Shown here: piece after piece, positions 8,954 through 17,500 of the stretch
Position numbering within the stretch: the stretch's first letter is position 1
How the letters are laid out: every line of letters begins with the position of its first letter
Assembly: GCA_947487845.1 (NCBI GenBank)
Contig: CANKYC010000001.1
Coordinates: 1 to 38,264, forward strand
Source of the DNA: Rickettsiales bacterium
GTDB taxonomy: Bacteria; Pseudomonadota; Alphaproteobacteria; Rickettsiales; UBA1997
Length of the DNA: 38,264 nt
Direction of reading: 5' to 3'
Notes under the pieces: generated by a model
The model's database searches: none
What the model was told of the DNA's origin: nothing
What the model saw: the letters and a program-made list of their open reading frames with translations, nothing else
Position numbers and translations under genes: made by a program

Positions 8954-9708
8954 TTGGATAATTTTTCTTGGGCTTTAAGATTTGAAACCAATGGATAAAG
9001 CCCGGCTAGAGTTGCAATTAAAATCCCCAACGCACCTTCTTTATAACCTTTTTTGAAGAAAAAAGATTTTATGAAGCGCAATTTAAAATTGACGATTACC
9101 TTAAAAAGACAGGCGCATTTTATTTTATTTTTAGAAATCATGTCATTTGCGCGCCAGTTGGTGTAGCGGTTAAAACGCGCAATGAAATCAGAAATATCTT
9201 CGTCAACTAAATGGATAATTGGATTTTGAAAATATTTTATTCCGGCACCTAAATCACAAGTCGGGTGAACTTCTTTATCTTCATGATATTTTTTTAAACC
9301 CTTATAAGTCAAAGTCTGGCGACTCAACACGCACAAAGTTCGAAGCCAGCCATATTTTACGTGACGTTTACCAATATAATTGGCAATTGGCACAATTACA
9401 GCGCAAGGTGGCGAATTTTTTATCGCCAAAATTTCCCGCGCCAATTCCGACGAAACTCTTTCATCAGCATCAATTTCAAAAATCCATTCATGGCTGGCAG
9501 AATTTAACGCCACATTGCGGCGCGCGCCTTCAATTTTCCATGAACCTTCAATAATTTTATCGGTAAATTGCAAAACAATTTCTTTGGTTTGATCGGTGCA
9601 TTTATCAAGCACAACTACGATTTCATCAGCAAATGAAAGACTGCGTAAACAATCAGCGATTTTCTTTTCTTCATTATGCGCCACAATTACAGCAGATATT
9701 TTTGACAT
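8950..9708 (-). CDS. Glycosyltransferase family 2 (KdtX/WaaE-like LPS core type)
   Basis: 252 aa. ISAVIVAHNEEKKIADCLRSL.FADEIVVVLDKCTDQT...EIDADERVS is a GT-A DxD pattern. There is a 4-nt ATGA overlap with the downstream GT4 gene. Confidence 0.8.
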   Translation of the reverse strand: MSKISAVIVAHNEEKKIADCLRSLSFADEIVVVLDKCTDQTKEIVLQFTDKIIEGSWKIEGARRNVALNSASHEWIFEIDADERVSSELAREILAIKNSPPCAVIVPIANYIGKRHVKYGWLRTLCVLSRQTLTYKGLKKYHEDKEVHPTCDLGAGIKYFQNPIIHLVDEDISDFIARFNRYTNWRANDMISKNKIKCACLFKVIVNFKLRFIKSFFFKKGYKEGALGILIATLAGLYPLVSNLKAQEKLSK

Positions 9709-9773
9709 GATTTTGGTGAAAAAATAAAATGATAATTGACATGCGAGCGAGCCAAAATAGGTTGGTTGACCTA

Positions 9774-9933
9774 GAAACTATTTAGCATATTTTTTAACCA
9801 CAGATTTTGGCATATTTTTAGCGCTTTTTTAACAAAATTTTGACGAATATCGGAATATATTTGGAGAAATTTTGTCAAAAAATAAGCAAAAATAGGGCGA
9901 AATCTGTGGTTAAAAAATATGCTAAACAGTTTC
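9774..9933. repeat. Inverted-repeat element with 34-bp arms and a 92-bp spacer, upstream of sodB
   Basis: gaaactatttagcatattttttaaccacagattt (9774-9807) is the reverse complement of 9900-9933, with one mismatch. Confidence 0.75.
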
Positions 9934-9959
9934 TCAGCAACAAAACTAGGTTGTCACCC

Positions 9960-10682
9960 ATGCAAATGTCAAAAAGAAAATTCATTAAAAATGTTTGCCT
10001 TTCTTCGGGCTTTCTTCTCGGCGCTTGTAAAATCAAGGGCTTAAGTGGCATTACTAATTCTAAGTCAAAATCTTTTGGAGGATCCATGCACAAAATTGAA
10101 TTACCTAAATTACCCTACGATAAAGCCGCTCTAGCTCCTTACATTTCTGAAAATACCATGAATTTTCATTATGGAAAACATCATCAAGCTTATGTTACCA
10201 ATTTGAATAACTTAATTGCTGGCACTGATTTGGACGGAAAATCTCTCGAAGAAATCATCAAAATTTCTCACGCCGACAAAACCAAAGCTGGAATTTTTAA
10301 CAATTCAGCGCAAGTTTGGAATCACACTTTTTATTGGCATTCAATGAAACCAAATGGCGGCGGCAAACCAAGCGGCGAAGTTTTGAAAAAAATTGAAGCC
10401 GATTTTGGTTCTTACGAAAATTTTGTAACTGAATTTAAAAATGCTGGCGCAACGCAATTTGGTTCAGGCTGGGCTTGGTTAGTTTTGGAAAATGGCAAAT
10501 TGAAAGTTACTAAAACTGGCAATGCCGAAACTCCAATTACAACTTCTGCAATTCCATTAATGACAATGGATGTTTGGGAACATGCCTATTATTTGGATTA
10601 TCAAAATGCCCGCCCAACCTACATCGACACTTTCTTAAACCACCTAGTAAACTGGGATTTTGTTTCTGAAAATTTAAAATAG
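9960..10682 (+). CDS. sodB: Fe-type superoxide dismutase with a predicted N-terminal export (Tat-like, lipobox) leader
   Basis: The mature part, MHKIELPKLPYDKAALAPYIS...AQVWNHTFYW...DVWEHAYYLDYQN, is a classic Fe-SOD. A 42-aa leader MQMSKRKFIKNVCLSSGFLLGAC... precedes it. The 5' boundary is uncertain: ATG 9960, 9966 or 10086. Confidence 0.85.
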   Translation: MQMSKRKFIKNVCLSSGFLLGACKIKGLSGITNSKSKSFGGSMHKIELPKLPYDKAALAPYISENTMNFHYGKHHQAYVTNLNNLIAGTDLDGKSLEEIIKISHADKTKAGIFNNSAQVWNHTFYWHSMKPNGGGKPSGEVLKKIEADFGSYENFVTEFKNAGATQFGSGWAWLVLENGKLKVTKTGNAETPITTSAIPLMTMDVWEHAYYLDYQNARPTYIDTFLNHLVNWDFVSENLK

Positions 10683-10700
10683 TCAAATTTAGAAAAAGGT

Positions 10701-10772
10701 TGTGGATGCGCGAATTTACTTCGTGCGTAGCAGCTCAATTATTCTAAATTCAAATGAAATTTGAATTTAATT
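10701..10772. repeat. Family-E repeat, copy E1
   Basis: tgtggatgcgcgaatttacttcgtgcgtagcagctcaatt...aaattcaaatgaaatttgaatttaa. It is related to 24114-24272 once the nested family-A copy there is removed. Confidence 0.55.
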
Positions 10773-10779
10773 AAAACCA

Positions 10780-11367
10780 ATGCGCACAGCAAAAATCGAA
10801 CGCAACACCAAGGAAACTAAAATTAAAGTTGAAATAAATCTCGACGGAACTGGTCAATTCAAGGTTGAAACTGGAATCGGATTCTTAAATCACATGATTG
10901 AACAACTTTCACATCATAGTTTGATCGACATAACTTGCGAAGTAAAAGGTGATTTACATATCGATTTTCACCACACAACTGAAGATGCCGCTTTAGCAAT
11001 TGGCGAGGCTTTCAAACAGGCTTTGGGCGACAAAAAAGGCATTACCCGTTTTGGTCATTCTTATGTTCCGATGGATGAAACTTTAACGCGCTGCGTTGTT
11101 GATTTATCTGGTCGCGCTTATCCAATTTTTAATTGCGAATTTAAACGCGATAAAGTCGGCGACATGGATTCTGAATTATTCCGCGAATGGTTTCACGCTT
11201 TCGCCCAAGCCGCGGGATGCAATTTGCATATCGAAAATCTTTACGGCGTTAACAATCATCACATTATTGAATCTTGCTTCAAAGCCTTGGCAAGAGCGCT
11301 TCGCGTGGCAATTACGATTGATGAAAGAAAGAAGGATGCGATTAATTCCACGAAAGGGATTTTGTAA
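10780..11367 (+). CDS. hisB: Imidazoleglycerol-phosphate dehydratase
   Basis: 195 aa. [30 protein letters not shown] and [17 protein letters not shown] are the IGPD signatures. Confidence 0.9.
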   Translation: MRTAKIERNTKETKIKVEINLDGTGQFKVETGIGFLNHMIEQLSHHSLIDITCEVKGDLHIDFHHTTEDAALAIGEAFKQALGDKKGITRFGHSYVPMDETLTRCVVDLSGRAYPIFNCEFKRDKVGDMDSELFREWFHAFAQAAGCNLHIENLYGVNNHHIIESCFKALARALRVAITIDERKKDAINSTKGIL

Positions 11368-11397
11368 AAAACCCCTAAAAAAATCGTCTTTCTAAGT

Positions 11398-11534
11398 GTA
11401 CCTCAAGCCTGATTTCACCCTGAGCTTGTCGAAGGGTGATTCAAGTCCGAAACCTAAAATCACCCTTCGACAAGCTCAGGGTGACATCAGGCTTGAGTGA
11501 CATCAGGCTTGAGTGACATCAGGCTTTGAGGCGA
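11398..11534. repeat. Family-A-related hairpin, copy A2, with an extended stem and a 16-nt tandem repeat at its 3' edge
   Basis: cctcaagcctgatttcaccctgagcttgtcgaagggtgat ... atcacccttcgacaagctcagggtgacatcaggcttgag, followed by gtgacatcaggcttga repeated about 3 times. Confidence 0.75.
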
Positions 11535-11586
11535 CATATATTGTTTCTTGGTCAGGTTCTAAATTACTTACAATCTTTTAAAAAAC

Positions 11587-12546
11587 ATGACGCTTTTAAA
11601 AAAAATCTCCGAAAACAAAAACGCCACCAAGCCAGTAATTTACGGCATTTCCAGCCTTGAACTCACGGAAGAAGAAAGAAAATTTTTCTCTAAAAACGGC
11701 GCGCTCGGTTTTATTTTATTCGCCCGCAATATCTCAAACAAAACTCAATTAAAAAAATTAACCAACTCCTTGCGCGAATTAATGCAAGGTGAAATTCTGG
11801 TTTTAGTCGATCAAGAAGGCGGTCGCGTTGCACGCATGAAAGAACCAGATTGGAAAAAATATCCCGCCGGAAAATATTTCTCTGATCTTTACGAAGAAAA
11901 TCCATTACAAGCCGAAGAAGAATTATATGAAAATTTTCAAGAAATTGGCCGCGATTTAATTGATGTCGGAATCAATGTTGATTGCGCTCCGGTGCTTGAT
12001 ATTTTAACCGAAAAAACTCACCAAGTTATTGGCGATCGCGCTTATGGCAGAAATGCCGAACAAGTTGCGGCATTGGGTCGCAAAGTTTGCGAAGGTTTGC
12101 TTTCGCAAGGTGTTTATCCCGTGATCAAACATATTCCGGGTCACGGTCGCGGCACCTCTGATAGTCATTTAGAATTGCCAATTGTCGATACAACTTTGGA
12201 AGAATTAAGAAAAACTGATTTTCTAACTTTCCAAAAATTACGCGACCAAAAATTTGCGATGACGGCACATGTTTTATTTTCCGCAATCGATAAAATTAAT
12301 TGCGCCACAACTTCTAAAACTGCGATTGATTTAATCAGAAATGAAATCGGCTTTAAAAATATTTTGATGAGCGACGACGTTTCGATGAAAGCGCTTAAAG
12401 GCAATTTTCATGATAGATCGAAAGCCATTTTAAATGCCGGCTGCGATTTGGTTTTACACTGCAATGGTAATATGGCGGAAATGGTAGAAATTAATTCTGC
12501 GCTACCAAAATTAAATGATGAATTTTGGGGAAGATTTACAAATTAA
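11587..12546 (+). CDS. nagZ: Beta-N-acetylhexosaminidase (GH3)
   Basis: 319 aa. LVDQEGGRVARM and IKHIPGHGRGTSDSHLELP are GH3 NagZ motifs. Confidence 0.85.
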   Translation: MTLLKKISENKNATKPVIYGISSLELTEEERKFFSKNGALGFILFARNISNKTQLKKLTNSLRELMQGEILVLVDQEGGRVARMKEPDWKKYPAGKYFSDLYEENPLQAEEELYENFQEIGRDLIDVGINVDCAPVLDILTEKTHQVIGDRAYGRNAEQVAALGRKVCEGLLSQGVYPVIKHIPGHGRGTSDSHLELPIVDTTLEELRKTDFLTFQKLRDQKFAMTAHVLFSAIDKINCATTSKTAIDLIRNEIGFKNILMSDDVSMKALKGNFHDRSKAILNAGCDLVLHCNGNMAEMVEINSALPKLNDEFWGRFTN

Positions 12547-12691
12547 TAGAAAGAAGCAAACATCGCTCGAAAAAAACAATGAGAAATTGAATTTTAAATC
12601 ACTTCGCAAAACTGTGATGAAAAAGTTGATTTACGCGACAGCGCCCTTGTCAAATTTAGTGATTGATGATTGCCCCACAAAATAGAAAAGG

Positions 12692-12719
12692 CGGAATCTC
12701 GTTGGAGATCCCGACTTTT
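12692..12719. terminator. Possible bidirectional intrinsic terminator between convergent nagZ and the H1-like gene
   Basis: cggaatctc-gttg-gagatcccg forms a stem with one mismatch. A-runs lie upstream and a T-run downstream on both strands. Confidence 0.4.
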
Positions 12720-12751
12720 CATTTACTTTTTAGATTTTCTGCTTTCTAAAA

Positions 12752-12985
12752 CTACTTTTTCTTAGTTACAGTTTTTTTAGCAGGAGCTTTTTTATCAACT
12801 GCTTTTTTAACAACGGTTTTTTTATCAACGGTTTTTTTATCAACTGGTTTTTTAACAACGGTTTTTTTAGCAACTGGTTTTTTAGCTACAGTTTTTTTTG
12901 CAACTACTTTTTTAGCGGGAGCTTTTTTTACAACAGCTTTTTTAGCTGGAGCTTTTTTCGCAACTACTTTTTTGATAGGGGCCAT
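12752..12985 (-). CDS. Lysine/alanine-rich histone-H1-like basic protein (~77 aa)
   Basis: MAPIKKVVAKKAPAKKAVVKKAPAKK...KKTVTKKK. It consists of (A/V/P/T)xKK repeats, and the DNA is visibly a tandem repeat. The start is taken at the internal ATG just after the tatC stop. Confidence 0.65.
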   Translation of the reverse strand: MAPIKKVVAKKAPAKKAVVKKAPAKKVVAKKTVAKKPVAKKTVVKKPVDKKTVDKKTVVKKAVDKKAPAKKTVTKKK

Positions 12986-12992
12986 AATTTTT

Positions 12993-13745
12993 TTACTTTT
13001 TATTGTTAAAATTTTTACCAATAAGAATTGCAATTTCGAATAATAAAATCATCGGAATTGCCAAACTAACTTGACTCAAGATGTCTGGGGGAGTAAGGAC
13101 GGCGGCCACTAAAAAAATGATCACAATCCAGTATCTTCTCTTTTTTCTTAAATCATTGGCGGACAAACAACCAACTTTAATTAAAAAAAGCAACAAGATT
13201 GGTAATTCAAATGCGATGCCAAATCCAAATAGTAAATTTGTCACAAAATTTAAGTATTCACTAATGCGTGTTTCAAGTTGAATTGGAAGTGAAGCAGATG
13301 TTGCGGAGCCTTGAATTTCAAAGCTCGCGAAGAATTGAAAAGCGACTGGCAAAATAAAATAATAGGCAAAAATCGCGCCGCATAAAAATAAAAGTGGAGC
13401 GAAAAAAAATGTTAACAGAATATTTTTTTTCTCATTTTTGTATAAAGCTGGAGATAAAAAAAGATAAATTTCTGCCGCAAAAATTGGGAAAGAAAAAAAT
13501 AATGCTGATGAAAGAGAAAGTTTTAGATAGGTCATGAACGCTTCAGTGGGGCTGGTGTAGATCAATTTACGATTCTGATTATTTTGTGAAATTTCTGCGA
13601 AAGGTTGCAATAAAAATTCGTAAATTTTTTCGGAAAAAAAATAGCAGAGTGAAAAAGAGATGATGAAAAATATTAGAGAAAAAATTATGCGTTTGCGAAG
13701 TTCGACAAAATGTTCGTTGAGTGTCATGAAGTTTTTTTTATTCAT
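12993..13745 (-). CDS. tatC: Twin-arginine translocase subunit TatC
   Basis: TLNEHFVELRKRIIFSLIFF..., six predicted TM segments, and the YLNFVTNLLFGFGIAFELPIL motif. The start is chosen at MNKKNFMTLNEH (13745); the longest ORF extends to 13838. Confidence 0.85.
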   Translation of the reverse strand: MNKKNFMTLNEHFVELRKRIIFSLIFFIISFSLCYFFSEKIYEFLLQPFAEISQNNQNRKLIYTSPTEAFMTYLKLSLSSALFFSFPIFAAEIYLFLSPALYKNEKKNILLTFFFAPLLFLCGAIFAYYFILPVAFQFFASFEIQGSATSASLPIQLETRISEYLNFVTNLLFGFGIAFELPILLLFLIKVGCLSANDLRKKRRYWIVIIFLVAAVLTPPDILSQVSLAIPMILLFEIAILIGKNFNNKK

Positions 13746-13858
13746 GGTCGGGTTTTTTTTAAGAAGTTTTTTGATTGAAAATTTATAATGTTTCTTGTGG
13801 GTTTTATGTAAGAGTGAGTTTGTATGTACAAAATACATCTTTCAACAAAAGCGTAAAA

Positions 13859-14569
13859 CTATTTTGCTTCAATTCTCAATTGGCAAACTGGACTAATTAT
13901 GCTTTGATTATATTCGCCAAGCTTCACACATTCTTCATTTGTTGGAACATTTAACATATCGCCACCAACTGCAATAATTCTGCCTTTTTGCGGATTTCCA
14001 TCATCCATTTTTTGATCAAACAAAAAAGCTTCTTCGCTTTTCAGGCTGCGATTATTTGTGTAAAGGCGATCAGTATCAGCAAATTTAAAACCAATTTGGT
14101 AAAAAGTTTTTCCTTCATTTCCAAAAACCGCAATGCCGGAATTTTCTCCAATTTTACTAAGTGGAAAAGTGCTGCCGTTTTTTGCGTCGCTATCATCTTT
14201 GCCATCATAATTTTCATCGATCATTTTTGTTTTTGATAAATGGAGCCAGAACTTAGTTATTTCACCATTGGCCATGAGAATTTGCTGCACGCTATCTGTA
14301 ATTATATTATCGTTGTTGCCATCGGTGCTATATTCGGTGATGCCATAAGTGACGGTGCTTTTAAGATCTCCGGGAAGGGCTTGGTATTTTTGAGTAAAAT
14401 TATTGAGTGCAGCATCGTATTTTTTGATCTGCATGATGAGGGATTTTACATTATTTTCTTTGATTATTTTTTTAACAAAGAGAATGCCAGCAATTGCTAG
14501 GCAAATAATGCAAAGCGTGATTAAAAATTCTATGATAGTGAAAGCATTTTTAGAATTTTTATTTTTCAT
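13859..14569 (-). CDS. Type IV pilin / pseudopilin-like protein
   Basis: The class III leader is MKNKNSKNA|FTIIEFLITLCIICLAIAGILF, with F at +1, E at +5 and a hydrophobic alpha1-N helix. A C-terminal Cys pair, ECVKLGEYNQSIISPVC, resembles the pilin D-region disulfide loop. Confidence 0.7.
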   Translation of the reverse strand: MKNKNSKNAFTIIEFLITLCIICLAIAGILFVKKIIKENNVKSLIMQIKKYDAALNNFTQKYQALPGDLKSTVTYGITEYSTDGNNDNIITDSVQQILMANGEITKFWLHLSKTKMIDENYDGKDDSDAKNGSTFPLSKIGENSGIAVFGNEGKTFYQIGFKFADTDRLYTNNRSLKSEEAFLFDQKMDDGNPQKGRIIAVGGDMLNVPTNEECVKLGEYNQSIISPVCQLRIEAK

Positions 14570-14576
14570 AAATTTT

Positions 14577-17500
14577 CTATTTATCTTCATCTTTGTCTTT
14601 ATCTCCATCAAACCTTTTGACGAATTTTTTAAATTCTTCAGGTGAGTCTAAGCCTTTACTGGCTTTGGCAATCGCCTTTGATCTTTTCTCTTGCTCTTGA
14701 ACAAATTTTTCTGCGTCTTCTGGCGACTCCAAGCTGTCATATTCTTTAACTAATTTTTCAGCGCGTTGATAAGCGCCGCTATGTGGAGTTTGGTTTTTAG
14801 GGTCCGGATCTCTTGCTGAATCTTCTTTTTTCATTAATTCTCTGGCTTGGTTTGAAAGAGCATCAGCTTTTTTAACTGCCTTGCCAAGTCTGGTCGCATC
14901 TTTTAATTCTTTTTGACCTTCTTTTTCTTCTTTGACTGCATTTTGATAGTCTTGTTCTTTAGGATCTAAAGGTTTGCCCTTTAATTTATCAGCTATTCTT
15001 TTCATAAGAGGAGGGCGATCTTGCGCAGCTGAGTCTTTCTCTCCCTTTGCCTTTGTTATTTTGTTTGTGGCGGCAGTTTTTTTATCGCCTATTGTTTGTA
15101 CAGCTCCAGTTTTTTTATCTTTAAAGTTGGTAATATTTTTATTTTTAGGTGCTTCTTTGCTAGCTCCTGAAGTCGCAGAAACGCTGGCGGTTGAAGCTCC
15201 TGCTGTTGGTGCGCCTGCTGTTGTTTCTTCTGATTTTTTTAGCTCTTCCTCCTTATTATCCAGTAATTCAGCATTATCCAGTAAATCAGCTCTTTGTTGA
15301 CCTTCTTCGCTAATTTCACTAGCGGTTGTTGCCGCGGCGTCAAATTCTTCTGTTGCCTTCAGTTTCTCTTCAATATTCTCCAACTTGGTATCGATTTGTC
15401 TAACAGCAGCACCAGCCAAATTTTGTTTTTTGGTAAGTTCGGCAAGTTTTGGATCTTCAGCCCCACCCATTTGTCTGAGTTGGGATTGAGCTTTTCTAGC
15501 TTCCTTATCTTCTTTTCTGGCGGCATCGTCAAAGATTCTCTTCCCAGTACTAAAGCCTTCATGGGTTTTTTTGGCTTTTTCAGTTAGTTCTTTTACTAAC
15601 TCAGCTCTTTCTGTAAATTCAGGGGTATTTTTGTATGCTTCAACTTCACCACTAGCTTTATCATAATCTTTCATCGCAGTTGCGCGACCTTTTTCCAGTT
15701 TACCTTTTTCACCTTTAACTGCGGCCAGTTTTTCTTTTCCTTGTTCCTTGGCGGCTTTGAGCAAGTCTTTCTGGGTTTCTTTTTTGATTTCTGAACCTTG
15801 TTTGCCCATTGGATTATATCTTTTAGCTGCGGCTGACATTCTTGCTCCGATTTGTTCAGATAATCTGGCATTCGGATCAATTGCGGCAATTTCTTTGTTA
15901 TAAGCTTCTTCTTTGGCGATGCCGGTCATGGTGTTTAAATCAGGTGTTTTGATCTCAGATTTTTTCTCATTTTCATTTTGTTTGACTCGGTCTTGAATCA
16001 TCTTCTTCTCTTCATCTGGGCGAGCAAAATTGGTTCCAGCAGCCATTGGAAGAATAGCACCTTCTTTTTCTAATTGTTTGGTTGCTTCATAACCTTTTGG
16101 ATCTGCCATTTTTTCAGCCATATCAGGGGCTGATGATATTGCGCTGCCAACCGATTTAGCAGCTCCTGCTGCCATTTTAAGCGCTCCTGAGCCCGCTTTA
16201 CCAACTTCAGATATTGCGCCACCAATTGCTTTTCCAGCTTCTTTTCTGGCGGCAGCGCCTTCTTCTCCCGAACTCACAAGTTTTGCTGCGCCCACTGCTG
16301 TATTTTTAGCTCCAGTTGCTGCTCCCGAGATTGCATTTCCAGCGCTTGTAGCCGCGCTACTAGCTGCATTTTTAGCTCCAGTTGCCGCGCTAGATGCTGC
16401 ACTAGATATTGCGCCACCAATTGCTTTTCCAGCTTCATTTCTGGCTTCAGCGCCTTTTGCTGTTGGACTCATAAGTGTTGCTGCGCCACTTGCTGTATTT
16501 TTAGCTCCAGTTGCTGCACTAGATATTGCGCCACTAATTGCTTTTCCAGCTTCATTTCTGGCTTCAGCGCCTTTTGCTGTTGGACTCATAAGTGTTGCTG
16601 CACTACTTGTGGCACTTGCAGCTCCCGAAGCTACGCTCGATGCTGCACCGCCAATTGCTTTACCAACAGAAGTTTCTGACGCAGCTTTTGCAGCGCCGCC
16701 AATTGCGCCACCAACCGCTCCAGCTGCGCCACTGACGGTTTTAGCTGCATCCGAAAGTTTTGCGGCAGTATTTTTTTCGACATCAACATTGCCTTTGGCG
16801 ATATTATCTTTGAGTGTTTTGGCATCTTCGGCGTTTAGACCTTTTCCAGCAGCTTGAGCTTGAGTAAGTTTAAGATCTGATGATTTTTCACTTAAAGACT
16901 CATTTAGAGTTTTGCCGCCCATGAATCTTTGTTTAAGCGCGCTGGCAGCAGCTCCACCAAGAGTATCTCCTTCGAATTTGGAGCCTTTATCATTTTTCAA
17001 TCTATCAATGTCCTTATCATTCAATCCAAGATCTTTACCTGCTTTGGTTTGAGCTGCATCTTCAACACTTTTCAGTGTTTTTCTTTGTTCTTCTTTACTC
17101 ATGCCGGAAAGGGCGACTTTATTTTTATCAATATAATCATTTTTAGCTTTGTTACCAGCTTTTGCCATGGAGTTTTTGTTGGAGAAGTCTTTGGCATTGT
17201 TGGCTTTGCGGGTGTTACGTTCTTTGTCAGCCATGGCTCCAGAATCAAAAAGAGCTTTATCCATTCTTTGCATGACTTGACCACCAGTTTTGTTCCACAA
17301 ATCTTTACGACCTTTTTCAGCTATATCGCTAACTGCTTTAGCTGCATCAGCAATGCCTTTGCCAAGTGAACTGGCTGATAAACCGCCACTAATTGAAGCG
17401 GCAAGATCTGTCATAAAGCCAATGAATTTATTCATTAGTGATGCAATTACCCAAATGAAGAGAATTGAAAATAATGATGGAATTCCTTCTGGGTTTCCAA

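Noticed and set aside
9840-9959. Long TTG-initiated N-terminal extension of sodB given in the ORF track
   Set aside because: It reads through the 34-bp inverted-repeat element. A plausible leader starts at ATG 9960, after the element.
11096-11395. 99-aa plus-strand ORF overlapping hisB
   Set aside because: It is an alternative frame of a well-supported gene and has no features of its own.
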